From Alistipes sp. (GTDB taxonomy: Bacteria > Bacteroidota > Bacteroidia > Bacteroidales > Rikenellaceae), in assembly GCA_017555905.1 (NCBI GenBank), contig JAFZFP010000012.1:29698-93697 (forward strand): a stretch of 64,000 bases of DNA. The letters run 5' to 3'. A program made the position numbers and the translations under genes. The notes under the pieces are model-generated. The model was not told where the DNA came from, did not search any database, and was given only the letters and a program-made list of their open reading frames with translations. This document shows positions 9,056-18,746 of this stretch, piece after piece; within the stretch, counting starts at the first letter, position 1; each line of letters begins with the position of its first letter.

Positions 9056-9991
9056 ATGAAGAAAATAGTCTTTTTGGACGAGTATAGCATCGCTGGCCGA
9101 AGCCTCGAGTCTATCACCTCGTTGGGCGAGTACACCGCCTATGAAAACACAACTAAGGAGCAGGTCGTAGAGCGCCTTAAGGGTGCCGATGTAGCCATCA
9201 CAAACAAGGTAGTTATAGATGGTGACGCAATGCGCCAACTCCCTGACCTTAAACTAATTTGCGTTGCAGCAACGGGTATGAACAATGTCGATTTGGAGAG
9301 TGCCAAGGAGTTGGGTATCGAAGTGCGCAATGCCGTGGGCTACTCCACCACTTCGGTAGCCGAGACCACCCTTGCTTCGGCCTTGGCCTTGGCTCGTAAT
9401 ATCGTCTATTTCGACGAGTACTTCCACGATGGTCGCTACTCGAAGGCCGACCGCGCCTTCTGCTACGACCGCTTTACCTTCGAGATTCGTGGCAAGCGCT
9501 GGGGTATCGTCGGCCTCGGAAACATTGGTCGCGAGGTGGCACGCTTAGCCTCAGCCTTTGGTTGCGAGGTGCGATACTTCTCAACCTCAGGTGTTAAGCG
9601 CCAGGAGGAGTACCCAGCAATGGAGCTCAACGAGTTGTTGGAGTGGAGCGACATCGTATCGGTACACTCACCTCTCAACGAGCGCACACGTGGCCTTATC
9701 GGCATCGAGGAGTTGAAGCGTATGAAGCCTACCTCAATAATTATCAACGTGGCACGTGGTGGCATCATCGATGAGAGCGCCTTGGCAGAGGCCCTCGATA
9801 AGGGTTATGTTTCGGCAGCGGCCCTCGACGTATTCTCCGTAGAGCCACTCCGCACTTCGCCACTCTACGACATCAAGGATAGATACCGCTTGTTGGCATC
9901 ACCACACAACGCCTGGTCGGCAGCCGAGGCTATCGACAGACTCATCGAGTGTGTAGCCGAGAATATCCGTGTATGGCTCGCAAAGCAGTAA
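9056..9991 (+). CDS. D-2-hydroxyacid dehydrogenase (glycerate dehydrogenase-like)
   Basis: ATGMNNVD, GIVGLGNIG, INVARGG, LDVF.EP, PHNAW. Confidence 0.9.
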   Translation: MKKIVFLDEYSIAGRSLESITSLGEYTAYENTTKEQVVERLKGADVAITNKVVIDGDAMRQLPDLKLICVAATGMNNVDLESAKELGIEVRNAVGYSTTSVAETTLASALALARNIVYFDEYFHDGRYSKADRAFCYDRFTFEIRGKRWGIVGLGNIGREVARLASAFGCEVRYFSTSGVKRQEEYPAMELNELLEWSDIVSVHSPLNERTRGLIGIEELKRMKPTSIIINVARGGIIDESALAEALDKGYVSAAALDVFSVEPLRTSPLYDIKDRYRLLASPHNAWSAAEAIDRLIECVAENIRVWLAKQ

Positions 9992-11130
9992 CCACACTCA
10001 TCTTTTTAATCTTGGGGGTAGTGCAATTGTGCGCTACCCCTAAAGATAGTATCCCCCACCACCTAAGCGCAGAACTACGACCCGCCTACAACGCCATTTC
10101 TCACTACGCCCTAAGAGGCGAATACACCGATGGCGATGCCCTTGAGTCAGCACTCTCGTTCCACGTGCGCTACGCCTTTACACTCCCTAAGAGCAACCCA
10201 CAAAGTAAGATATATCCCACTGCTTATCAGGGCCTTGGACTCGGTGTTTACACCCTCTACCACAACGACTTCACAGGCACACCCTTGGTCGCCTACATCC
10301 TCCAAGGAGCGCGTCTTGCCGACTTCACTGAGCGCCTATCACTGGGTTATGAGTGGAACTTAGGTGCATCGTGGGGCTGGCAACCCAACGAGGCTATGAA
10401 CTCCAAGTGCAATGTATTTATAAGCCTCTCGCTACCACTGAGTTGGCACATCGCCAAGGGTTGGGAACTCTACGTAGCACCCCACTTTACCCACCTCTCC
10501 AATGCCGATACGCACTTCTCCAATAGCGGAGCCAACCTCTTTGGCTTAAGGCTCGGTGCGACCTACCATTTCAACGAGGATGCGACAAAGGCCGATATTA
10601 GACGCTACATATCACCATCTAAAGAGTACGAGGGCAAGACCTTTGCCCAGCACCTCACCTACGATATCATTCTCTACGGCGGTTGGCGAGCCGACAGGTT
10701 TACTCAGGATGGCCACTTCTACTCCACCGATAAGGCCTACCCCTTGGGCGGTGCGCACTTTCAGCCACAATACCACCTCAACGACCACTTCGCCTTAGGT
10801 GCATCGCTCGACCTCCAAGTCGATAGTTCGCTTAATCTCTACGCCATAACGTCTGAGGATAAAGAAACAGCAACTATCTGTCGTCCAACACTTTGGGAGC
10901 AGACAGAGATAGGACTCTCGGTTCGTGGCGAGATAAAGGCTCCTATCTTTACTATTGGCGCCAGCTTCGGACTCAACCTCAACAAGAGAGGTTACGATAT
11001 GAGTCGTATCTACACCCAATTCTCGCTCAAGGCCTTCCTCACTCAACGCCTCTTCCTCTATGTGGGCTACCGCTTCAATAGCCACCAGTACACCCACAAT
11101 ATGATGTACGGCCTCGGCATCCGACTCTAA
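9973..11130 (+). CDS. Acyloxyacyl hydrolase / PagL-like outer-membrane protein
   Basis: Signal peptide, YQGLG, H-L-S-N-A (HxSN) motif, beta-strand pattern ending GLGIRL. Confidence 0.7.
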   Translation: MARKAVTTLIFLILGVVQLCATPKDSIPHHLSAELRPAYNAISHYALRGEYTDGDALESALSFHVRYAFTLPKSNPQSKIYPTAYQGLGLGVYTLYHNDFTGTPLVAYILQGARLADFTERLSLGYEWNLGASWGWQPNEAMNSKCNVFISLSLPLSWHIAKGWELYVAPHFTHLSNADTHFSNSGANLFGLRLGATYHFNEDATKADIRRYISPSKEYEGKTFAQHLTYDIILYGGWRADRFTQDGHFYSTDKAYPLGGAHFQPQYHLNDHFALGASLDLQVDSSLNLYAITSEDKETATICRPTLWEQTEIGLSVRGEIKAPIFTIGASFGLNLNKRGYDMSRIYTQFSLKAFLTQRLFLYVGYRFNSHQYTHNMMYGLGIRL

Positions 11131-11167
11131 ACCATAACGGAAGATAGACAACCGCTCTAACAGATAC

Positions 11168-11202
11168 AACAAGGGCCGTCACTCAACGTGACAGCCCTAA
11201 TT
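11168..11202 (+). repeat. Terminator-like hairpin, copy 1 of a 35-bp direct repeat
   Basis: aacaagggccgtcactcaacgtgacagccctaatt; matches 11896-11930. Confidence 0.8.
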
Positions 11203-11214
11203 CTCTTTATTACC

Positions 11215-11298
11215 ACTTGCCAAGCCCGAAAAAGCGCAGTTTACTGAGGCGTAAATGAGCATTTTGAGGGCGAGCGTAACGACAAAATATACTGTTTA
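11215..11298. repeat. ERIC/RPE-like palindromic repeat (degenerate ends)
   Basis: cgaaaaagcgcagtttactgaggcgtaaatgagcattttgag core shared with 41976-42078. Confidence 0.75.
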
Positions 11299-11334
11299 TT
11301 CACTCTATTCGCCTATTTCATAATGACCTTACCA

Positions 11335-11811
11335 CTACTCACCCATAGGCGTTCCATTAATCTTAGCATCTTCGTAATGCTCTGGAGTGAAGGTGTAGGT
11401 GCGAATAACAGAGTTGGCATCTACAACCTCCTCTTTCCACGACGATAGCGACATTGGACCTCCAGGAGTGGGCTCATAGTATGTCATCTTAACACCTGGA
11501 AGAGCTGGATTATAGTATACCGCGAGCTCGAAAAAATACTCCTCTGGCTTATAAAACTTGTCGGGACTTTCCGCCACAACAACATAATCTCTTTCGTTAT
11601 CAATCGAGCTACCAATGCCTATATCTATTGAAGGAGGTAGAAATGCGACATGGATAGGGACTCCCGTCATATTCACAAATCTGTAATAGACATACATCTT
11701 TCCATCTTGCTCACCACTCATATCAATCTGCGACAACTGAGGCACAGTCTCCTTCTCGCAGGCCACTGACAACGCACATAGCACCACGATTGCAAACAAA
11801 ATCCTTTTCAT
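11335..11811 (-). CDS. Hypothetical lipoprotein
   Basis: Lipobox LSVA-C; C-terminal YTFTPEHYEDA resembles other small Bacteroidales lipoproteins. Confidence 0.8.
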   Translation of the reverse strand: MKRILFAIVVLCALSVACEKETVPQLSQIDMSGEQDGKMYVYYRFVNMTGVPIHVAFLPPSIDIGIGSSIDNERDYVVVAESPDKFYKPEEYFFELAVYYNPALPGVKMTYYEPTPGGPMSLSSWKEEVVDANSVIRTYTFTPEHYEDAKINGTPMGE

Positions 11812-11895
11812 AGTCCTAATTGTTATTTATTATATTGCGAAGTTAATGAAAATTTATTTAATAATACTATTTATCACACTTTTTTTGCGAAATAT

Positions 11896-11930
11896 AACAA
11901 GGGCTGTCACGTCGAGTGATAGCCCTAATT
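11896..11930 (+). repeat. Terminator-like hairpin, copy 2 of the 35-bp direct repeat
   Basis: aacaagggctgtcacgtcgagtgatagccctaatt; lies just past the stop of the DUF5723-like gene. Confidence 0.8.
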
Positions 11931-11967
11931 GTGTGTTTCCTACACACCGCTTAAAATTTCAAGAAAA

Positions 11968-13419
11968 TTATCTTCTAGATGCTTTCCTTGCTGCTTTGCG
12001 CTCCGCCTTGCGCGCCAACTCCTCCTGACGCATAAACTTTGGACGAGCCATATTGAAGCCCAAACCAAAGTAGACATTCAACGACTTAGCATAGCGTGGA
12101 ACAAGGATAGAGTCGTTTACGTAGACAAGGTTTGGATCGATATAATCCATACCTACAAAGATGTTCAAGGCGCGTGGGTGGATGTTGATAGCAGCACCGA
12201 AGATACCAGGACGATTCTTATTGAGGAAGGTATGGCTTGCGGTGAGGGTAATCCAATTCACGGGACGTATATTCAACGAGGCGGTAAGTTCCGAGGTGCA
12301 AGTACCACGATAGAAGCGGGTGTGCGACAAGAGACCCACAGCAAAGTGGTTCTTGAGGAAGTTATACTCGACACCAGCATTTATCGACCAGTTGAGATAT
12401 GAGGTATAGCCATCATTAACACCATCATAGATAAGGTTATCGGTATTGAAACCACCACCAGCATCCAACTCTTGAGTCTCGAAATCGTAACCACTGTAGT
12501 GGAAATCGCCCGAAACAGCACCGCGTAGATGAGACTTAGCACTCCACTTGATAAAGCCGAGGTCGGTAACGGCTGCAGACACCTTAAGGTGGTCGTTGAA
12601 GAAGCGCGCCTCAGCACCCAAGTCGAGGGCTGCACCGAAACTGTCGATGCTCTTCATAAGATCCATAGCTCCAGCGATAGGGTCATCAAAATTTAGGTTG
12701 ATAAGGCTATCAAAGCCCTCGTCGGGGTTGTAGTTCGTAGCATCCAACATAAAGGCATTACCTCGCCACTCGCCATTAGCAGTACCCACAACGCCATCCT
12801 CAGCGACATTAACCTGCAACTGGTTGAATGTTGCGCTGGCATTAGCCAAGCCCACCAAGAACTTAGCCCTAACACCTACGTTCACGTGGTCGCCAATAGG
12901 AATAGATGTTCCTACGTAGGCATCCATATAGGCGTTGAGCTCAGCACCTACATTTCCTAAGTCGTAGAGACCATTGCCGAGGCTCTTCACCGCACGGAAG
13001 ATATCCTTAGAGAGGTAGATATCGCCATTGACGTGCATACTTGTACCGAAATTCCAGAACATTCGGCCAGTGTAGAAGCCCACACCAAAGAGGTTGATAT
13101 CTGCCTTCAACGACTCGAGACCTATCTCTGGAAGACGGCTCAAGAACTCCTCCGATGACACAGCGCCATTCAACGCCGTAACAAGGCCTTTATCAGTCTG
13201 ATAGATAAAGTTATCCACCGACAACACATTTCCCGAAAGACCAAAGTCAAAGCCCGAAACAAAAGGCAAAGCAACATAGCCACGTGTAGGGACCAAGGCG
13301 GGATTCATCTCAGTACGGAAGTATGAACCCTCCATAAAGTAGGAGGTCTTCATCTGTGCCGAAAGACCCTCAACACTAAGTAGCGCAAGGGCAACTAATG
13401 CGTAAATATATCTTTTCAT
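11968..13419 (-). CDS. DUF5723-like outer-membrane beta-barrel protein
   Basis: Signal peptide, SYFM..S.FR..MNPA, DLGA, DLGFIKW, C-terminal FGLGF. Confidence 0.8.
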   Translation of the reverse strand: MKRYIYALVALALLSVEGLSAQMKTSYFMEGSYFRTEMNPALVPTRGYVALPFVSGFDFGLSGNVLSVDNFIYQTDKGLVTALNGAVSSEEFLSRLPEIGLESLKADINLFGVGFYTGRMFWNFGTSMHVNGDIYLSKDIFRAVKSLGNGLYDLGNVGAELNAYMDAYVGTSIPIGDHVNVGVRAKFLVGLANASATFNQLQVNVAEDGVVGTANGEWRGNAFMLDATNYNPDEGFDSLINLNFDDPIAGAMDLMKSIDSFGAALDLGAEARFFNDHLKVSAAVTDLGFIKWSAKSHLRGAVSGDFHYSGYDFETQELDAGGGFNTDNLIYDGVNDGYTSYLNWSINAGVEYNFLKNHFAVGLLSHTRFYRGTCTSELTASLNIRPVNWITLTASHTFLNKNRPGIFGAAINIHPRALNIFVGMDYIDPNLVYVNDSILVPRYAKSLNVYFGLGFNMARPKFMRQEELARKAERKAARKASRR

Positions 13420-13434
13420 AGTAGATCTAATCTT

Positions 13435-15825
13435 TTATTCTTCGTCTGAATCGATAAAGTCCTTAATATCCAAGGATACGCCAGCAACCTGGAGTTTGAG
13501 CGAAGCCTCGATATACTGATTCTCATTGAGGCCCACCTTATCCTGGGCAACACCAAAGGCCTCCACCTCGAAACTGATATTGCGCACATCCTTGAGGTTT
13601 GCAACAGAGTCATCCTCGCCCAACTCGAGCTCTATGATTAACTCGCTACGCGACTCCGTAACACCATCCTTAGAGCCTACAATAGCATTGTGACCCTCGG
13701 GCAAGATAGCCTTAACATTTGATGGATTCTCATCAGCATCCAAGAGCACCACCTCGGCACCAAAGGCCAATGGTATGGTGGTCTTAACATCCATGATAAC
13801 CTTAATGTCGCGAAGGCTAATATTCTCGTAGTCGCTCACAACATCAAAGATATCACCCACCTCAACACTATCCGAGTAGCGGATATTGAAATCCTCGTTA
13901 GGCTCCAATGGCAACGACAAAGCGTAGTCGTAACTGATGGTGAAGATGTCGGAAGTGTAGAGCGTCATAACCTCGTCGGAGATAGCCGCGAAGCTGAGAT
14001 CCATACGAATCTCGTTAGGGATAGAACCTCTGAGAAGGTTCTCCATATCGCACTCAACGAAGGTGTACTGAGCATCGCTAAACTCTGCACGACGGTCAGC
14101 CTTGCCCAATACCAACTGTGTGGTAGTTGGAACAATCTCGTTATTCACATACTCGGCCTTCTTGATCACTACATTGTCAATGCTGAGGCTACGCTCGGCA
14201 TCCTCAGGCACAGAGACAGCCGCTGAGAGCACAGCATCGATGGTCAATGGGTTTACAATATTGATGAAAATAATGGGCGAGAGGCCGATACCACCAATAT
14301 AGATATTGAGGTCTTCTACACCTGAAAGCGCAAAGGTCTGGGTCTGAGTATCACTATAGTTCACGCGACCACTCACTGAGAGCAACTCTGCGGTAGTACC
14401 CAAGATACCTGCCGACACCTCAATCTTGTCGGCATCGGGCAACAACTGCGACACCTTAATATCGCCCTCGTGGTCGAAGTGCGCCTTGATGGCTGGGGCG
14501 AAATGGAGGGTTATGGTACCATTCTCTGGAACGAGACCCTCGGCACCGAAGTCGATACCGTCGAAACCAATGGTTAGACCCTTACCTATCGCTGCAGCGG
14601 AAGTGGTAATCTTGTGGCCACTCTGGTCGTACTCATAGCCCAAGCCATCGATGCTGTGCAATACCAAGAATTCGGGGAGTGTAACCTCGACAACCAAGTC
14701 CTCGGCAAGACCACTCTCTGCGAGCCACTCCAAGCCGTGGGCGAAGAGGGTCAATTCTGTACCCTCCTTGAGTTCTACGCCATTGATGCTCACCACCTGC
14801 TCAGGCATATCGTTAATGTTGATGTCGAAGCCCGCAGCATCCTCGAAGTTAATCAGATCGATATTGTTGTTTAGCACCACCTCAGCATCGCCATACTCGA
14901 ACTTTGCAGATAGCTCCATACGTGGCAACTGCGTGGTGTTGAACGAGCCGGCCTTAGCCTGAATCTCGTAGTCCACCTTGCACTCCATAGAGAGATCCAA
15001 GTCGAAAGAGTGGTCGGGGTTGAGCGCCTTGTGGTTGGTAATGCTCTCGACATATACCACGAAGTCTATAGTCTTTACGCCACTCTCAATAGCGTACTCC
15101 ACCTCGTATGAATCCGATACGCAGAGGACACTATTATCGGCGTTGAGGAGCGTGAACTCGCCACCATTCTGCGTAAGCTGGAACTTTAGCTTACCACCGC
15201 CATTGATATCTGCAAAGCCCCGGAGGTCTACAGAGATGTAGATAGGTGCACCGTAGTGACCTGTCTCCACATCCTTGAAGTAGATCTTGTGAATGCCATC
15301 AATCTGCTCAGGCACATCAAAGTGGATGTGAGCATCATCATAGTCAAAAGTCTTGACATAACTACCGCTAAACTTAGGAAATTCTGGCAAGAAACTTGGC
15401 AACTCTCCCTCGGTGATGTAGTCCGAGAGGCCAGCTATGTTGGAATCAATCTCGTCATACGCCTTAATCTCGATAACGCCATTGTCGAAATTCAACGAAG
15501 GCATCTCCACCTCGAAAGAGCTCTCGGTGCTTGGAATTTCGAAGGATGTTGTGATACCATCGATGGTGATACTCTGAGGCTCACCATCCACGCTGAAGGC
15601 ATAATTACCATTCTCATCCTTTACCAAACCCTTGATCTCCTGATCACCAAGAAGGTCGCCAATGGTCTTCTTCTTGAGATTTCCCAAAGGCAATGTTGTG
15701 GACTCCTCTACGAGAGTAACCTCCGTAGACACCTCGTCTAAACGATAACTCTCGTCCACACAGGCTACGGCTGCAACAGCCAATACCGCCACTAACAAGC
15801 GGTTAGCATACTTTTTTAGTTTCAT
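13435..15825 (-). CDS. Large acidic beta-rich lipoprotein (DUF4621-like), partner of the DUF5723 barrel
   Basis: Lipobox AVA-C followed by VDESYRL; C-terminal LPL...Y.D..TTIPL module; TATCTTTG promoter at 15873-15880 with -33 at 15900-15903. Confidence 0.75.
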   Translation of the reverse strand: MKLKKYANRLLVAVLAVAAVACVDESYRLDEVSTEVTLVEESTTLPLGNLKKKTIGDLLGDQEIKGLVKDENGNYAFSVDGEPQSITIDGITTSFEIPSTESSFEVEMPSLNFDNGVIEIKAYDEIDSNIAGLSDYITEGELPSFLPEFPKFSGSYVKTFDYDDAHIHFDVPEQIDGIHKIYFKDVETGHYGAPIYISVDLRGFADINGGGKLKFQLTQNGGEFTLLNADNSVLCVSDSYEVEYAIESGVKTIDFVVYVESITNHKALNPDHSFDLDLSMECKVDYEIQAKAGSFNTTQLPRMELSAKFEYGDAEVVLNNNIDLINFEDAAGFDININDMPEQVVSINGVELKEGTELTLFAHGLEWLAESGLAEDLVVEVTLPEFLVLHSIDGLGYEYDQSGHKITTSAAAIGKGLTIGFDGIDFGAEGLVPENGTITLHFAPAIKAHFDHEGDIKVSQLLPDADKIEVSAGILGTTAELLSVSGRVNYSDTQTQTFALSGVEDLNIYIGGIGLSPIIFINIVNPLTIDAVLSAAVSVPEDAERSLSIDNVVIKKAEYVNNEIVPTTTQLVLGKADRRAEFSDAQYTFVECDMENLLRGSIPNEIRMDLSFAAISDEVMTLYTSDIFTISYDYALSLPLEPNEDFNIRYSDSVEVGDIFDVVSDYENISLRDIKVIMDVKTTIPLAFGAEVVLLDADENPSNVKAILPEGHNAIVGSKDGVTESRSELIIELELGEDDSVANLKDVRNISFEVEAFGVAQDKVGLNENQYIEASLKLQVAGVSLDIKDFIDSDEE

Positions 15826-16002
15826 ATATTAAGATTATTTAGATATCGGGCACTGCACGACATTAGTCTATACAAAGATAGTATTATTTTGCAAACATAC
15901 AAAATAAACCACACTCTATCTGCACAATAAATTGCTATATGCGCTACAAAAAAATAAGTACATACACGCCACTCCCATTGGGACTCGAATTGCAAAGCAA
16001 TA

Positions 16003-16232
16003 GAGCCGATACCTTATTGAAAAAAGCGCAGACCGTAGGTCGAGCAATAAACCTCTATCATATCGGCTCAACCCCTATTTACGTGAGCAGTGCCATAAGC
16101 TCAACGTGGATTGGATAGACTTGTGCGTGCTACACCTTTGGTGGCGGGGCGGAGTGGTGTGGGCTGGGTGCTTGCACACTATGCCACGCACCACTACGCC
16201 ACGAAGACTACGCAGTAGTTAGCACGTACAAG
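16003..16232. repeat. Cluster of degenerate palindromic elements downstream of tRNA-Asp
   Basis: Stems gagccgata/tatcggctc (16003-16069), acgtgagc/gctcaacgt (16081-16107), cttgtgcgtgcta/tagcacgtacaag (16120-16232). Confidence 0.55.
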
Positions 16233-16255
16233 CAAACCACCACCAACACAAAAAC

Positions 16256-16290
16256 AAAAAAAAAACGGACAACTCGAAAGTTATCCGTTT
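16256..16290 (-). terminator. Terminator of tRNA-Asp
   Basis: Hairpin aaacggacaact-cgaa-agttatccgttt with a long T run on the minus strand. Confidence 0.8.
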
Positions 16291-16291
16291 C

Positions 16292-16368
16292 TGGCGGTGC
16301 GTAGGGGACTCGAACCCCTGACCCCGTGCGTGACAGGCACGTATTCTAACCAGCTGAACTAACGCACC
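16292..16368 (-). tRNA. tRNA-Asp (anticodon GTC)
   Basis: Reverse complement GGTGCGTTAGTTCAGCTGGTTAGAATACGTGCCTGTCACGCACGGGGTCAGGGGTTCGAGTCCCCTACGCACCGCCA; encoded CCA. Confidence 0.98.
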
Positions 16369-16417
16369 AAAATTTTTTAGAACCATCAACCGAGCGGTTT
16401 ATTTCTCGATTGCGATG

Positions 16418-16448
16418 CAAAGGTACTACAAATTTTTAAACCTGCAAA
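16418..16448 (-). promoter_or_regulatory. Promoter of tRNA-Asp
   Basis: TTTG (16448-16445), 19-nt spacer, TACCTTTG (16425-16418). Confidence 0.75.
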
Positions 16449-16723
16449 TTTTTTACCACTTTTTTTTAAGAAAAATTGTAAAAAAGTTTATCTATCATCC
16501 TTCCGACTTTCACCCACGAAACGTAAACCTATGTATTTTAATGAGTTACATACCTATCAAACATTTACCATCTATTTCGAGAAATATTCAATATTTAGTG
16601 GGAGTAAATCACCACCGCACAGCATCACACCAAGAGGCCACCATAAGTCCTATTACAACCAATAGGAATAAATATTTTTACATATTACTATTTTTTTTAA
16701 ATCTTCACATTACATTCATCCAA

Positions 16724-17281
16724 CTACTCGGAGTCCTCAGCGTCATTCTCCTTTTTGAAGAAGGTGAAGTTCACACTGCCATAGCTTCTTGTTTGCCAGA
16801 AGTTGGGATGCTTAGAAAACTCCTGATCCTTGGAATGCTCAAAAATCAAGAAGCCATCCTCTTTTAGCAGGTCACGCTCGAAGACGAGGTCAATAACAGC
16901 CTCGCTACCCTCAAGGTCGTAGGGTGCATCCGAAAAGATAAGGTCGAATTTCTTTGCACAACTCTTCAAGTAGAGGAACACATTTGCCTTCACAGCATAG
17001 AAGTTCTCGAACTTGAGGTCGCGTGCCGTCTGGCGAATAAAGTTGTGATGCACACTATTTATCTCTACCGATGTGACGCTATGTGCCTCACGTGAGGCGA
17101 ACTCATAACTTATCGAACCCGTACCAGAGAAGAGGTCCAACACGTCGAGTTCCTCGAAATCGACGAGGTTTACCAACACGTTGAAGAGGTTCTCCTTGGC
17201 GAAGTCGGTTGTGGGGCGCGCCCTGAGGTTACGTGGTGGGTTGATGGTACGGCCACGGTATTTACCACTTACTATTCGCAT
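16724..17281 (-). CDS. rsmD: 16S rRNA m2G966 methyltransferase
   Basis: MRIVSG, RPTTD, LDLFSGTG, DAPY, YG. Confidence 0.92.
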   Translation of the reverse strand: MRIVSGKYRGRTINPPRNLRARPTTDFAKENLFNVLVNLVDFEELDVLDLFSGTGSISYEFASREAHSVTSVEINSVHHNFIRQTARDLKFENFYAVKANVFLYLKSCAKKFDLIFSDAPYDLEGSEAVIDLVFERDLLKEDGFLIFEHSKDQEFSKHPNFWQTRSYGSVNFTFFKKENDAEDSE

Positions 17282-17305
17282 ACTCTAACACTTTATCTTA
17301 TTGGT

Positions 17306-17890
17306 TTACAGAGTTTTCAGATTCTTAAAACGACCCTTCGTCACTCGCTCAATACGCTGGGTATCGCCCTTCGCGCGCGCGTACATATTATAAACGTCGT
17401 AGGTGCGGTGTACGCTCTCGATGAAGTAGAGCAGGTCGGCATCGCTATCTATGCGCTGAGCCTCGGCAAAACGCAACACCCCCTCGTGGAGTGTTATATA
17501 AGCCACATCATCGACAAGGTGGATGGTTATGCCATCGCCATCGGCAAGGCTTCGCACGAGGGGCGAGGTATAGGTTATCGGCCCAGAGTACTTCGTCTCA
17601 AGCACTCTTAGTGGACTATCCTCCACCGCCATAACTGCTACAATACCCTCACGTGGCTGACTACATACCACACGGTCGGCAGGCGAAAGAGGTATGCGCA
17701 ACGCAAGGAGGTGGTCCGCCAAGGGGGCCTCATTGAGGAACTTCTCAGGAACGAGGGTAACCCTCTCGGTCACAACCTCCACCTCGACACCCTCCTTAGC
17801 CTCCTGCGCCCTCTCCAAGTCGCTTTGAGAAAAAGCGTGTCCACCCGATGATAGTCGGATGGACACTCTATTTAGAGTTGAATCACTCAT
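17306..17890 (-). CDS. DUF3822-like protein
   Basis: SIRLS.GG.AFS, TLVP and DLLYF motifs; usual position upstream of rsmD. Confidence 0.65.
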   Translation of the reverse strand: MSDSTLNRVSIRLSSGGHAFSQSDLERAQEAKEGVEVEVVTERVTLVPEKFLNEAPLADHLLALRIPLSPADRVVCSQPREGIVAVMAVEDSPLRVLETKYSGPITYTSPLVRSLADGDGITIHLVDDVAYITLHEGVLRFAEAQRIDSDADLLYFIESVHRTYDVYNMYARAKGDTQRIERVTKGRFKNLKTL

Positions 17891-17892
17891 AA

Positions 17893-18687
17893 TTAGTTTG
17901 CAGAACCCTCCCAGTTACCTGCCTCGTTAGTAGGCTCCTCAAGGCTACCAAAGGTAATACCGAAGAACTCGATATCCATTGGGATTGGGAATGCCTCACC
18001 AATCATATACTTAGGATTGCGAGTAACTGTAGCCTTAAGACCATCAGCCTTCATCTTCTTGAGATCCTCGTTAGCCTCCTGGTGGTTGATGAAGTACTCG
18101 AAGCGGTCGTTAAGCTCGTTCCAGAACTCCTGGTTATAAGTATCGGTGTCGATAAACTTAACGAATGGAGCGTGGCAACGGATAAGGTGTGTGCGGTAGC
18201 TACCTACCTCGTAAGTCAAGGTGTCGAGCTCGAACTCCTCAGTGTTGTGTGTGAATGGGATATATCTCAAATCACGAATCTGCTCCTCAGTAAGACGGCA
18301 TACACCGAAGTCGTCGTCGAAGATGGTATCACGAGCAGCAACACGTACTACACGCTCGTTCTTCCAATTCTTATCCTTGCGCAACTCTGCCAAGATCTCA
18401 GCATTCTTGAGGTTGTTCTCATCGTAGATCTGGCTACGGTACTCCATAGTGCCGTTGAGAGCGAAATCGATAAGCTCGTCCCAGTTAGTAGTGAACTTCT
18501 TGTCCTTGTTTGAATCGCGGTAAGCCTGCACCAACTTAACGATGTGATGCTCCTTCTCGATTACAGCGTTGCTACGCTCAGCAAAGTGCTGCTCGAAGTG
18601 GATAGGGGTTGAGAGCATTGACCAAATCCAGAAGATGAGGCCTGCAACCGCTGCTAACAGAAATAAAGTAATGACTGTTCTTTTCAT
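17893..18687 (-). CDS. Conserved Bacteroidetes membrane-anchored hypothetical protein
   Basis: N-terminal TM, PI.F, LRYIPF, C-terminal GSL.EP.NEAGNWE. Confidence 0.75.
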   Translation of the reverse strand: MKRTVITLFLLAAVAGLIFWIWSMLSTPIHFEQHFAERSNAVIEKEHHIVKLVQAYRDSNKDKKFTTNWDELIDFALNGTMEYRSQIYDENNLKNAEILAELRKDKNWKNERVVRVAARDTIFDDDFGVCRLTEEQIRDLRYIPFTHNTEEFELDTLTYEVGSYRTHLIRCHAPFVKFIDTDTYNQEFWNELNDRFEYFINHQEANEDLKKMKADGLKATVTRNPKYMIGEAFPIPMDIEFFGITFGSLEEPTNEAGNWEGSAN

Positions 18688-18746
18688 TTTAGTTATTTAT
18701 TATTAAGTTTGTATCGCTTTTTAATCGTAGTTAAAAATAGGGCACT

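Noticed and set aside
16415-16867. 150-aa ORF
   Set aside because: It runs through the tRNA-Asp promoter and antisense into rsmD, with non-protein-like composition.
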